NCBI RefSeq assembly: GCF_001194135.2
Contig: NC_068994.1
Coordinates: 14,827,483 to 14,884,010 of the forward strand
Origin: Octopus bimaculoides
Lineage: Eukaryota
Length of the DNA: 56,528 bases
Direction: 5' to 3'
Shown: positions 1 to 11,140 of the stretch, in pieces
How positions within the stretch are numbered: the first letter of the stretch is position 1
How the letters are laid out: each line of letters opens with the position of its first letter
Translations under genes and position numbers: made by a program
The notes under the pieces: model-generated
What the model saw: only the letters and a program-made list of their open reading frames with translations
Told to the model about the DNA's origin: nothing
Databases searched by the model: none

Positions 1-165
1 GTAACATACATTGTTCCATGCTTGCATGGGCCAGACAGAATTAATTGATAAAGATTTTCTATGGCTACAGTCCTTCTTGTCTTCAGCCCTCACCTGTCCC
101 CAAGCAAGATAGTATTTCCTATGACCAGCAATCGCTTCCTTAGAGGACTGGACCAGATACAATGT
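1..165 (-). mobile_element. 3' remnant of SINE/LINE with RTE-like tail
   Basis: ccatgcttgcatggg resembles the reverse complement of the tail seen in SINE-D and other tail copies; decayed. Confidence 0.45.
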
Positions 166-249
166 GCTTCTTTTCTACCATCATACAATGTCACAGAACG
201 GTACACAAGCATACACATGCACACACCTACATATATATATATATAAACA

Positions 250-430
250 TATGTACACACATACAACAGAGTTCTTTCAGTTTCTGTCTCCCAAATTCAT
301 TCACAATGTTTTGGTCGACATGGAACTGATATTGGAAGACACTTGCCCAAGGTGCCGTACAGTGGGACAAAACTCAAGACCCACATGATTGGGAAGCAAG
401 TTTCTTAACCACACTGCCACACTTGTACCA
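250..430 (-). mobile_element. SINE-A 5' half (tRNA-derived head)
   Basis: ttctttcagtttctgtctcccaaattc...gaagacacttgcccaaggtgccgtacagtggga matches the 5' module of the full copies at 32494 and 45864. Confidence 0.8.
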
Positions 431-577
431 ATGTTAGTTGTTTTCTTAATACATTCTGCGAACTGTTTAGATGAAAAGAAAACATAAGATTGACATCTAG
501 CACATTCAGAGAGGATTTGATAAATTTGGTTTGATGAGATGGAAAATGTAGATGGTTAACGTGTTCTACTCCCCCTC

Positions 578-641
578 CTACTACTACTACTACTACTGCT
601 ACTGCTACTACTACTGCTACTACTACTACTACTACTACTAC
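578..641. repeat. (CTA)n/(CTG) microsatellite
   Basis: Directly visible. Confidence 0.95.
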
Positions 642-1244
642 ATGTAAGAAGTTCAAACTACAACAAAAGCACTAGTTGAATAAAGGTATCATGTTCAGTC
701 CACAGTTAAGTAGTAAATGTTAGGAAAAGCATATGGTTGTAAAAACAATTTGTGTGCAAATAGCAAAATTGATAGAAGCATCTGATCTATTTATGACAAA
801 TTGGATACATGGTAAGAAATATATGCATTCTTGATAGTTGCAGCTAGCTGTGACATAAAGATAATAGTCCAATTTCATACAGTGTCACCAATTTCTCCTT
901 TGTCATAAATAGATAATGTAGGGTGGCAGAGCTCAAGGTTCTAACATGTAGGCTCATTGTATTACTGATATAATTATATCCCAAAACACCTGCGTAACAT
1001 ACTATTGTTTGTGTGTGCATTTTTTTTTTTTTTCAATGCTAGCAAAGGTTAGACAACAGATGTGTTACTGAGGCATTGTTTTTATACTTAGATGCCTTCT
1101 CTGCCACACAAACTCTTACCTATTTTTCAAGTAAAGAGTCTCTTATTCCATACAGCATTGAAGACACAAATTGACAGCAACAGCACTGCTCCTAGGCTAT
1201 GTCTTTTGCAGATTCAAGTGCAAACACAAACACACACGTACACA

Positions 1245-1400
1245 TAGAGCTTCTTTCAGTTTCCATCTACTAAAGCTATACTCAAGGCTTTTGGCTGGGC
1301 CAGGGTTATATTAGGTGATGCCCATGGTTTTGTGTAGTGGGACTGAGCCCCAAAGCATGCAGTTTGGAAACAAACTTCTTAATCAATCATATCTGTGCCT
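1245..1400 (-). mobile_element. SINE-A 5' half, decayed
   Basis: gcttctttcagtttccatctac...gtgggactgagccc matches the head module. Confidence 0.7.
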
Positions 1401-1665
1401 ATAGTGTGTGTGTGTGTGTGTGTGTGTATACAACTGTTTGTTTTGGTACCACACTGTTTCTAATACCACTGTGCATGACTGATTATGTTGGAGTGGCACT
1501 TCATCAGGCTAATATCAAGTCCTACATTGTGTCATACAGGTGTGTCTTGTGTATTTGTGTGTTGTGTATAAGTTGGTATAAAGGTAGTAGACTGGCTGTT
1601 GAACGATTTAACCATAGGACTAAATGCTTTTGCAGTATTTTGTTCTTGCTTTTTTCATTCTAAGT

Positions 1666-1889
1666 TTAACCTGTTAGCATTTAAAAATCGCCATATCCAG
1701 CCAAAATATCCAACTAGTTTTATGTTTAAACCCACCAGAGCTGGCCTCTCTTCCTTACAAAGCCATTCTAAAACTAAACAATCACATCACTGAAATCTTG
1801 AAGCCATGAAACATTGTGTGATTAATTCAAAACAATGTGAATATATAAGCATTGCATTTGACAGAGTAGTCTGAATGCTAAGGGGTTAA
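1666..1889 (+). mobile_element. piggyBac-type MITE (~220 bp)
   Basis: TTAA-cctgttagcatt...aatgctaagggg-TTAA; TIR plus TTAA TSD; multicopy in the window. Confidence 0.85.
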
Positions 1890-2152
1890 ATAGTACTGTC
1901 AACTTTATCTTTCATCATTCTGGGGTTGTTATAATGAAGTACCCAGTCAAGTACCAGGGTCAATTTAATCAACTAAAACCTCTTTCACTAAATTTGAGAT
2001 CTTCTGCCTATATTAAAAATGATTAATTTGCAATCTTTCCACAGACATGGAAGCAACCAAAGCTAATATTTAATGAAATGTGCTATGTAATAAATATTAT
2101 GCTTGTGGTATATACGAAAGTAGTTTTCTTTAATATTTCTATCCCTAAATTA

Positions 2153-2462
2153 ATCATCATCATCATTATCATCATCGTTTAATGTCCACTTTCCATGCTA
2201 GCATGGGTTGGACGATTTGACTGAGGACTGGTGAAACCAGATGGCTACACCAGGTTCCAATCTGATCTGGCATAGTTTCTACAGCTGGATGCCCTTCCTA
2301 ACGCCAACCACTCCGAAAGTGTAATGGGTGCTTTTACGTGCCACCGGCACGAAGGCCAGTCAGGCGGTACTGGCAACGGCCACGCTCAAAATGGTATATT
2401 TTATGTGCCACGCGCACAAGAGCCAGTCCAGGGGCACTGGCAACGATCTTGCTCGAAAGTCC
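2153..2462 (-). mobile_element. SINE-D (RTE-like (TGA)n tail)
   Basis: Near-identical to the reverse complement of 9398-9698; tail catgctagcatggaaag(t/c)ggacattaaacgatgatgat. Confidence 0.9.
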
Positions 2463-3372
2463 TTACACATAATGTTTATTCATATTTCATACACAAATGG
2501 AATATCCAGTGGCATTCAACCTATCTAATACCCTTACCTACAAATGATTATCATCATGCCAACACAAATATCTAAGTACTGGGGTGCATAAGATAATAAA
2601 TTATTTGTGTCTAAAAGTATCAAAAGATTTTATAGATGAATTGTGTAGGAATAATATAAATCTTTTTAGTCAATTCAGTCATTTGACTGCAGTCATGCCA
2701 GGCCACCAACTTATATAAAATGCAGAGATTACATAAAGTAAACATTTTAATAAATATAAAATACTCTTTTATTTTATCAAATGTAATTATTCAAAGTAGA
2801 AAGTTTCGCCACAAAATCTCTTTTTGTTTAATATTGGATCAAAAGTAATTAATTTTAAAACCTCTTTCATTTTAATGTATTCAATTAAATGTGCTGGATT
2901 TATAGAAATAGCTTAGCACCATCAGGTGATTTCAAAATAACTTTTTATTTCTTTTCTCTTATCAAGTCTGTTTATTTTTATAAAGAAATAAGGATAGGTC
3001 CAAGTTAAATTGTAATTGAAATCATGTTCATGCTACAACTAACCACAAAAAGACTTAATTAAATTACAAAAGATATTTAAATGTTTGCTGTTATCAAACA
3101 TGTTTATTGCAACAAGCATCGTACAATCATTAGTCTAGCAGTAAAATGTCGTTCATTGTCTGATTAACATTCGACTGTAATCGTCTCAGTTCATTTCTGG
3201 GGCTCACATTTGGAAAATACTTGGGGAGATTTGAATATTTCACGGAACAAACAAAGCACCCTGTTGTTAACTGAATGCTAAATATTACCTGCAACGTATC
3301 AATGACTAATTCAGCGCGAGGGAATAAAAACCAAAAATGAGACTAAATGAGACTATTAAGCATGCTGTGTAC

Positions 3373-3652
3373 CAGGGGTTTTCAAACTGTGGTCCGCAAG
3401 GACAAGACAGGGGGTCCGTGGACAGCAAATACTTTTTATGGGCAATTTGATTTTATATACGTTTTTTAATCGAAATCTTTTAATTGACAATAAACCTATT
3501 TGTTAAATACTGTTAAATAAATAAATGTAAAAAATATATGTTATTTTAAGCAAATATTTATGTATAAATTTCATAAGCATTTATAAGGGGGTCCCTAAGG
3601 TAAAGCCTGAAATATAAAGGGGTCTGCAAGTCAAAAAGTTTGGAAACCCCTG
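3373..3652 (+). mobile_element. hAT (Charlie-like) MITE, 280 bp
   Basis: TIRs CAGGGGTTTTCAAACT / AGTTTGGAAACCCCTG; 8-bp TSD ctgtgtac/ctgtatac (7/8); sister copy at 53442. Confidence 0.9.
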
Positions 3653-3834
3653 CTGTATACAATAACTAGTACAGCATCTGTCAATTATTATACAGTGTAT
3701 AAATCTACCAACTGGATCCAATGACAACATCTATGCAAGAACAGAGTGGATGGTCAAATGAAGACAAACGATATCATAAGATATCCTACACAGCCAGCCT
3801 GTTTAAAAAACACCTGTGTTAGTACCACAGAAAA

Positions 3835-4030
3835 GCTTCTGTGCCAGTGCCACTTGTAAAAGCCTTTATGCCAGTGCCTTGTAAAAAAAACCCTCAGTAT
3901 ACTCTGTGAAGTGGTTGGCATTAGGAAAGGCATTCAACCATAGAAACCATGCCAAAATAGACAACTGGAATGTGGGCAGCTCTCCAGCTGGCCAGTTCCT
4001 GTCAGACTGTCCAGCCCATGCCAGCATGGG
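3835..4030 (+). mobile_element. SINE-D-like, decayed
   Basis: gccagtgcc modules, gtggttggcattaggaaaggcattc, tail cccatgccagcatggg. Confidence 0.65.
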
Positions 4031-4155
4031 AAGTTTGCTGCTTCCAAGAAAATAATTTACTACTGCTGTGTTATAGTTTGTTCGAGAAACACAGCAAGAA
4101 CAATAACTAGAAACAGAAAGATATGACGATAATGTTCATGATTTTAGTACTCTAC

Positions 4156-4300
4156 CTGTATCTCCTGAATCAATATTGTTACTGCTGCTACTTCCACTTG
4201 AAGTGTGTCTCTGCCGGGTCTTTCTCGATACTGATACAACTTTGGTACTTTTAGCACATCTCTGAAATGGGCTTTGTCTTCCTGGCCTGGTGTTGAGAAG
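4156..4300 (-). CDS. Candidate exon of unidentified minus-strand gene (145 nt)
   Basis: Acceptor ttttatttctag, donor ag|gtagag; two frames open across it (LLNTRPGRQSPFQRCAKSTKVVSVSRKTRQRHTSSGSSSSNNIDSGDT or FSTPGQEDKAHFRDVLKVPKLYQYRERPGRDTLQVEVAAVTILIQEIQ). No family recognised. Confidence 0.4.
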
Positions 4301-4469
4301 CTAGAAATAAAACACAAGAAGATTTCATAATTAAATTCAAAAATAGACCAACAAGCATTTAGGAAGTCACAAAGCAGCTTTAAATATGACACCATAGATG
4401 AGAATATTTTTTTTCCTAAGAATTTGGAATAATTTTCCCTTTTAGTTAACATCTGCAGATAGAAAAATG

Positions 4470-4874
4470 ATTATCACGCGTTTGAGAAATAAATTTATTT
4501 CTGTTCTTACAATACATCTCAACGCTTCGAAAAAAGAACAAACTTTGTTTGTTTACTTTCATCATAAAGTTGAATTTAACATTAGCGTCTTATGAAGCTA
4601 AATTTAGAAGTTCTAAAATTGCAGAAGAATTTGTTGCTGGGCAGTTTAGTTCAATGGTAAAACACTTGATGCGTAATCACAGAGATGTGAGTTTGAGTCT
4701 CATGGCTGGCCAGTAACATATTTTTCTGCAATGTATGGATAATTTATCCTGTTCATGCTATTTTATTAGCATTATCACGCGTTTGAGAAATAAATTTATT
4801 TCTGTTCTTACAATACATCTCAACGCTTCTAAAAAAAAAGAACAAACTTTGTTTGTTTACTTTCATCATAAAGT
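4470..4874 (+). repeat. Direct repeat 4470-4570 / 4771-4874 flanking a 200-bp spacer
   Basis: attatcacgcgtttgagaaat...catcataaagt occurs twice; differs by one substitution and a 3-A indel. Confidence 0.95.
4639..4712 (+). pseudogene. Decayed tRNA-like sequence (CGT anticodon, Thr-like) or SINE head
   Basis: GGGCAGT/GCTGGCC acceptor stem, TAGTTCAATGGT A-box, CTTGA-TGCGTAA-TCACAG anticodon arm, GTGAG-TTTGAGT-CTCAT T-arm; lesions at conserved positions. Confidence 0.65.
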
Positions 4875-5059
4875 ACAAATCATATAATTTAAAATGAATT
4901 TTTTTTTTAAAATTAATTCGTTGTTTAAATCAGAAATTGTACCATAGAAATATATTAGCATCTGTTGTAATTTCTTGTACATTACTTAACTAAAGTTGGG
5001 AATGTTTGAGAAATCAATATCTTGATATCAAGAAATATAAACTAAATTCAACCAAAAAT

Positions 5060-5700
5060 TTTAAGGAATATATAATTGAAAAGTGGAAATGTTTCCTTGA
5101 TGATTGCTTTATTTTCTTGGCAGAGATCAAAAGATGAATTACATACACTCTATACCATTCTAAGTAACCTGCACCCACCCCTTAGATTCACAACAGAAAA
5201 TAGCGAAAAAGAACTACTGTTTCTGGACATCCTTGTAACATTATGCAATACCAAAATTACAAGAGACATATTTTTCAAAAAGACAGATACATGCCAATAA
5301 TTAAATTTTTCCTCATATCATCTATCAAATGAAACATCCCATACTGAATGGCAAGACAAATATGCACAATAGTAAGCAAATAAGCTTAGATGAACTAAGA
5401 AGTTTTCTAAAACAACAAAAATATCCTTTAAGACCAATAAGCAACGTCAAAATAAAGCAATGAAACTGGATATATCTCGACTTATGACATCTACGCAAAA
5501 AATAGAAGAGAATGTAATTCCATTTGTCAATATCCATGATCCATAAGTGTCAAATATATTCACCTTCTTTAAAGCATGCCTCTCAATACTTTCACAAAAG
5601 GACAAAGATGAAAGAGTTAATCCTCAAAAAAACCAACCATTTATAGCCTAAGAACCTCAAGAAACATCTCATCAGGACAACATTTACTACGAAAGATAAT
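5060..5700 (+). mobile_element. Penelope-like element RT C-terminal fragment (pseudogenised)
   Basis: KWKCFLDDCFIF (YxDD-like), then frameshift to LHPPLRFTTENSEKELLFLDILV...DIFFKKTDTCQ*LNFSSYH, QQKYPL, NVIPFVNIHDP; typical PLE RT thumb and linker motifs. Confidence 0.8.
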
Positions 5701-5722
5701 TCGAAATTTTCGCTAAAAACCC

Positions 5723-6190
5723 ATGAATGGCTCACTGGAAGGAGTTGATAGCTTTTGTTATCTTGAAGACATAATTAGCAGGAGATGTGGTTGTTCTGAT
5801 AGTTTAGTAAGTAGAAAAGTTAACAACATGCTGGAAAAAGTTCAAGGAAGATTGTGTGATGCTTGTGTTAGAACTGCAATGCAGCATGGTAGTATGGTTT
5901 GGTGCTTAAATTCAGAGGACTTTGAGAAGACTAGAAAGAAATGAAGCAAGCATGCTCCATTGGATGAGCAGTAAATGTGCAGGAACAACATAGTACAAAT
6001 ATGCCGAGAGAAAAACTAGGCACCAAAGCAATGAAATGTAATGAGCAAGAAAGAAGACCGCACTGGTCTGTACATGTAATGTGTATGGATGAGGACAGCT
6101 GTATAAAGAAGTGCCAATCACAATATGTAGATGAGAGTTTGAAGAGGAGGAAGAACTAGGACTACATGGCATGAAGTGGTGACAGCTGAT
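5723..6190 (+). mobile_element. RTE-clade LINE 3' fragment
   Basis: LEGVDSFCYLEDIIS...GRLCDACVRTAMQHGSMVW...EASMLHWMS...REKLG...HVMCMDEDSCIKKC...RTTWHEVVTADLK; RTE RT C-terminal motifs with frameshifts. Confidence 0.85.
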
Positions 6191-6359
6191 CTCAAGACAC
6201 ACACACACACTCACATGCATATATACACATGAGCAATCATACATTGAGATAAAATTACTATCGATTTTCCTAACTAATTTTGGCTGCTCAGAAGAATGTT
6301 TATCTGCTAGTTTATCACATATGCTTCTCTGTGTATAAAGGAAATTCTTCCCTTTAGAA

Positions 6360-6625
6360 TGCTTGTGCTTCTACACAAGCAGTCTTAAGCATAATGACAT
6401 AACTCCTTGTCTTCATATCAGATAGTAGCAGTAAACGAGTGTCACCATCATACAAGTGGTGCTTCCTGTTTTCAATCTTCTATGTATACATGCCTGGCCC
6501 TGGAAAAATATTGACTTACTTAAAAAGAGGTGAGAGTTGGCAACATGAAAAGCATCTGGACATAGAAATTTACCTCAGTGAACCCATATGGACTTGAAAA
6601 AGTGGACGGTGAAATTATGATGATT
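6360..6625 (+). mobile_element. Decayed SINE/LINE 3' end with RTE-like tail
   Basis: Ends aaaagtggacggtgaaattatgatgat; similar tails at 22530-22670, 28720-28945 and 30600-30790. Confidence 0.55.
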
Positions 6626-7109
6626 TATATATATATATATATATACACACTAAGCTAGGTTATGTGACTAAAATATTGAATTAAAGAAATGATACTCATT
6701 AATGTAAAGCATCTCAAAGATCAAAGACGTCAGGACAACCGCAACTTGAACATATCACTTGATTTATATGTGTACTTCATACAATAAGAGATTTATGTGA
6801 AATAGAGCCTAAAATTGCCAATGTACACCTTGTAATCATAATGAAAAACTTTTCAAAATGCAGAACAAATCGGTGAATGGTCTGACACTAAAATAAGTAT
6901 AAGTACTCTACAATGAAAGACAAGGACCATCTTGGTCCACGTTAAATTGAATAACATTAATTTTGCATTAATTTCAAACAACATCTTATGTATTTATTGG
7001 TTAAACAAAACTTTTCAAAAGCCAACTACAACTTCCAAGTTAGAAGGAACAACAGTTACAAACATTTGGCCTCTTTGAAGGTACTCTACAAACAGACATT
7101 CAATTTGAA

Positions 7110-7165
7110 ATCATACCAGTAGTGGTCTGGGACTGATCACAGTCCCAGACCACTACTGGTATGAT
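7110..7165. repeat. Perfect inverted repeat, 26-bp arms, 4-nt loop
   Basis: ATCATACCAGTAGTGGTCTGGGACTG-atca-CAGTCCCAGACCACTACTGGTATGAT. Confidence 0.95.
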
Positions 7166-7768
7166 GTTCTTGGAACTGATGTATTAAACTTTGATAACCC
7201 ATGATATCAACTCTATTATGCTTGACAATGAAGACACTGATATGATTAAATTCTCTAAGGCTGGGCATATTAGACAAAATTCCATCTGGTGTTAAGAAAT
7301 GGGCGTACACAAACTAGAGATTTGTGTTTTTGTGGTGACTAAAAGGCAGGTTTTATCAGATTTGTTTGGACTCTTATCTCATCACTAATACAGAATCCAC
7401 CTTTCACTCATTAGCTAGGGTGGAGTGTTTATTGCATCTATTTTTACGAAATTCCATCTCAGACGTGTGTACCACCAAATTCAAACAAATGATAATTCCG
7501 AAGATATTACTACTATTAACATGCCTGTTTGTCTGTTAATATGGCCATGATATAAAAACAAATCCACAAGTGCCACTTTTCAATTTGCAAAAGAAGATTA
7601 AAAAAAAACCGAAAGAAAGAAGTGAAGACGATATAAAAAATAAGATAGTCACTCAGGGTGATAAATGTTTGAGTGCAACTACCAAACAGGAATTGAACCT
7701 GAAGATGAAGATCATATTAGATCACCTGAAAGATGCCATCATGACTATTAATTCAGAAAAACGTATCT

Positions 7769-7997
7769 TTAACCCTTTAACATTCAGACTACCCTGTCAA
7801 ATGTAATGCTTATTTATTCATATTGTTTTGAATTAATTATGCATTATCTCGTAGCTTTGAGATTTTGATGAATGTGATTGTTTATTTTTAGAATGACATT
7901 ATAAGGTAGATGGCAGAGGTCAGATATGGCCAGTTCGAACATAAAACAGGTAGGATATTTTGGTTGGATATGGCCAGTTTGAATACTAAAGTGTTAA
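7769..7997 (-). mobile_element. piggyBac-type MITE
   Basis: TTAA-ccctttaacattcag...gaatactaaagtg-TTAA. Confidence 0.85.
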
Positions 7998-8421
7998 TGA
8001 TAAATAACAAGCTGACACTTTAGAGAAATTCCATTTCAAATGAAGTTTGTTTCTCCAGATGAACATTTGGTTGAGAAAATATTGGATGTTTGTCCCTCAA
8101 ATGAGAATGAGTTGGAGTGAGGATAGCTGCAATGGTACCTCTCCTGCTTTGAGAAGCCCCTGCTTTGGTGGTAAATGCTGAGTAAACAGGATCAAATCAA
8201 CAGTTAAGGGATTCCAAGGAGCTAGAGTATGAAGACCTTATATTCCAGAGAAATATGAAGATACAGATGTTACACAGTATTAGAATAAAATTATAAAACT
8301 TCTCTCCATACTTTCTTTACACACACACACATGCAGAGAGAGGGAGAGAACAAGTTATGTGATTGGGTGGCCAACTGAGAAGGCGAGAAGGACTACAGTT
8401 TGACCAAAGTATCATTTCACT

Positions 8422-8801
8422 GGAGGCACTCAGTCGCTTACGACGTCGAGGGTTCCAGTTGATCCGATCAACGGAACAGCCTGCTCGTGAAATTAACGTG
8501 CAAGTGGCTGAGCACTCCACAGACACGTGTACCCTTAACGTAGTTCTCGGGGGATATTCAGCGTGACACAGTGTGACAAGGCTGACCCTTTGAATTACAG
8601 GCACAACAGAAACAGGAAGTAAGAGTGAGAGAAAGTTGTGGTGGAAGAGTACAGCAGGGTTCGCCACCATCCCCTGCCGGAGCCTCGTGGAGCTTTAGAT
8701 GTTTCCGCTCAATAAACACTCCCAACGCCCAGTCTGGGAATCAAAACTGCAATCCTGTGACCGCGAGTCCGCTGCCCTAACCACTGGGCCATTGTGCCTC
8801 C
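8422..8801 (-). mobile_element. SINE-B, full length (tRNA-derived)
   Basis: Head ggaggcacaatggcccagtggttagggcagcggactcgcgg with A/B-box-like motifs; possible TSD atcatttcact/accattttact; sister copies at 30886 and 50757. Confidence 0.9.
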
Positions 8802-9008
8802 ACACCATTTTACTATAAAACAGTTAAAGTGATATTTTTGTTTTTGATATGCATTATCTTTAACTTATGGTTAGTTATGTGTTGTTATTTCTCTGTCATA
8901 TAAACGCTTCTTGTTGAACTATTTACTGTTACACCTAAATTCTCCTTTTCATGAATTGTTTACCTCATGACAGTAACAAAACAATCGGATAAAACCCACC
9001 CCACTTAC

Positions 9009-9101
9009 TGCGATTGCATAGCAGTTTTCTTCCACTCAAGCACGCAGTGAATGATTCTGCACATTCACACAACTTGCTAGTGCAGGTGGACTTTCTTAAA
9101 A
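9009..9101 (-). CDS. Candidate Cys-rich exon (93 nt, phase 1-1)
   Basis: Strong donor a|gtaagt, weak acceptor ctgtgaccag; reads LRKSTCTSKLCECAESFTACLSGRKLLCNR. Confidence 0.25.
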
Positions 9102-9397
9102 CTGGTCACAGATGATCACTCAACTAGAACGACTATATAACACTATCATCTATTTTTAGCTAGAAGTGATCATAACAATTGAGTAACAAGACTTGATACT
9201 TTTTTTTTTTTTAATGCAGTGTGAACATATTAACTGAAGTGTTTATGGTGCAGATGGTAAAGCGTAGATTAGGAGATGCTATAAAAATATCGACTTTGCA
9301 ATTGTATATTCTGGCTGTAAATACTAACAGGTTCAACTTAATTTTTCATTTGGATTGTATTGAAAAGGTAAACACTGAAATTGTATCAACACTTGGA

Positions 9398-9698
9398 AGG
9401 ACTTTCGAGCGAGATCGTTGCCAGTGCCCCTGGGCTGGCTCTTGTGCAGGTGGCACATAAAATACACCATTTTGAGCGTGGCCGTTGCCAGTACCGCCTG
9501 ACTGGCCTTCGTGCCGGTGGCACGTAAAAGCACCCACTACACTCTCAGAGTGGTTGGCGTTAGGAAGGGCATCCAGCTGTAGAAACTCTACCAAATCAGA
9601 TTGGAGCCTGGTGTAGCCATCTGGTTTCACCAGTCCTCAGTCAAATTGTCCAACCCATGCTAGCATGGAAAGCGGACGTTAAATGATGATGATGATGA
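9398..9698 (+). mobile_element. SINE-D (repeated at 9777-10077 by probable assembly overlap)
   Basis: Matches 2153-2462; tail (tga)n. Confidence 0.9.
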
Positions 9699-9766
9699 GT
9701 TGAAGCAAAGGCAATGTATTTTGAAAGAAATATGGTAACAAAAGGGTTAAAACCTTCCATCAAAAT

Positions 9767-9776
9767 NNNNNNNNNN
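9767..9776. other. Assembly gap. Other N-runs: ~10793-10856, 16251-16304, 23715-24050, 24706-24913, 27859-28384, 31751-32023, 36524-36533, 44312-44321, 47059-47266, 54338-54457
   Basis: N characters; many gaps abut microsatellites or SINEs. Confidence 0.95.
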
Positions 9777-10407
9777 AGGACTTTCGAGCGAGATCGTTGC
9801 CAGTGCCCCTGGGCTGGCTCTTGTGCAGGTGGCACATAAAATACACCATTTTGAGCGTGGCCGTTGCCAGTACCGCCTGACTGGCCTTCGTGCCGGTGGC
9901 ACGTAAAAGCACCCACTACACTCTCAGAGTGGTTGGCGTTAGGAAGGGCATCCAGCTGTAGAAACTCTACCAAATCAGATTGGAGCCTGGTGTAGCCATC
10001 TGGTTTCACCAGTCCTCAGTCAAATTGTCCAACCCATGCTAGCATGGAAAGCGGACGTTAAATGATGATGATGATGAGTTGAAGCAAAGGCAATGTATTT
10101 TGAAAGAAATATGGTAACAAAAGGGTTAAAACCTTCCATCAAAATTTCCTGTTAATTTCTGCTCCAAGCACCAGCTTAATAATGACAAAGTTATTTTACT
10201 AAATTCTTCATTATTTCCAAAATTAATTGAAACAAAGGCAGTATGATAATGAAAGGGGTGAACTTTAGCTAGGTGTCTGCAACCCAGCTTAATTACTGAC
10301 AGTTCATTAAACTACCTAAAATATATTTGCCATAGAAAATAAATTAAACCAATAACAAAAGCTTGATATTTATTTAATAAGAACATTTAATGCGTGTGTG
10401 TGTGTGA

Positions 10408-10792
10408 ATACTCTTTACTCTCTTTTTACTCTTTTACTTGTTTCAGTCTTTTGACTGTGGCCATGCTAGAGCACCGCCTTTAGTCGAGCAAATCGACCCC
10501 AGGGACTTATTCTTTGGAAGCCTAGTACTTATTCTATCGGTTTCTTTTGTCGAACCGCTAAGTTACGGGGACATAAACACACCAGCATTGGTTGTCAAGC
10601 GATGTTGGGGGGGGGGGACAAACACAGACATACAAACACATACACACATACATACATATATACGACAGGCTTCTTTCAATTTCCGTCTACCAAATCCACT
10701 CACAAGGCTTTGGTCTGCCTGAGGCTATAGTAGAAGACACTTGCCCAAGATGCCACGCAGTGGGACTGAACCCGGGACCATGTGGTTGGTAC
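10408..10792 (-). mobile_element. SINE-A, near full length (head runs into gap)
   Basis: (tactcttt)n tail, gcggtgctc/tcgaccc core, internal CA/TA microsatellite, gtgggactgaacccgg B-box. Confidence 0.9.
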
Positions 10793-10989
10793 NNNNNNNN
10801 NNNNNNNNNNNNNNNNNNNNNNNNNNNNNNNNNNNNNNNNNNNNNNNNNNNNNNNNTATATATAAAACACAATTTATTCGTGATCAGATCAGAGGTGTTC
10901 AAAAACCAAGGTACTACTGTACTTCATTCAAAAGAGGTTAGTTAATAACACAACGAGGGTGGGGGGGAAAAAATGATTTAAAATTTTGG

Positions 10990-11140
10990 CCAGAAATATT
11001 GGGGGAGAGGGTAAGTCGATTACATCAACCCCAGTACCTAATTGGTACTTATTCTATTAACCCTGAAAGGATAGAAGACCTCAGTGGAATTTAAACACCA
11101 AAGATAGATGAAATACCACTAAGCATTTTGCTCTTCGTGG
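10990..11140 (-). mobile_element. SINE-C, decayed
   Basis: aagtcgattacatcaaccccagtacctaattggtactt matches the reverse complement of the core at 18980-19030. Confidence 0.65.

Noticed and set aside
1490-1525. CCTGATGAAGTG on the minus strand as a hammerhead
   Set aside because: No foldable stem II and CCAAC in place of GAAAC.
7170-7560. Possible CR1/L2 RT relic (FSKA-like, YADD-like)
   Set aside because: Motif matches are too short and scattered to support a call without an HMM search.
9420-9540. HDV-like ribozyme in SINE-D modules
   Set aside because: Only 8 nt separate GCCAGT and ACTGGC, too short for P2, P3 and L3 of the nested double pseudoknot.
2324-9630. Recurrent ORFs such as MLLRATGTKASQ... 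and MVANPAVLFHHNF...
   Set aside because: They recur because they lie in SINE-D and SINE-B copies; no protein motifs and frames are not preserved between copies.
9398-10145. Exact 369-bp tandem duplication
   Set aside because: The identical copies include non-SINE flank and are separated by exactly 10 Ns, the signature of an unmerged contig overlap rather than biology.
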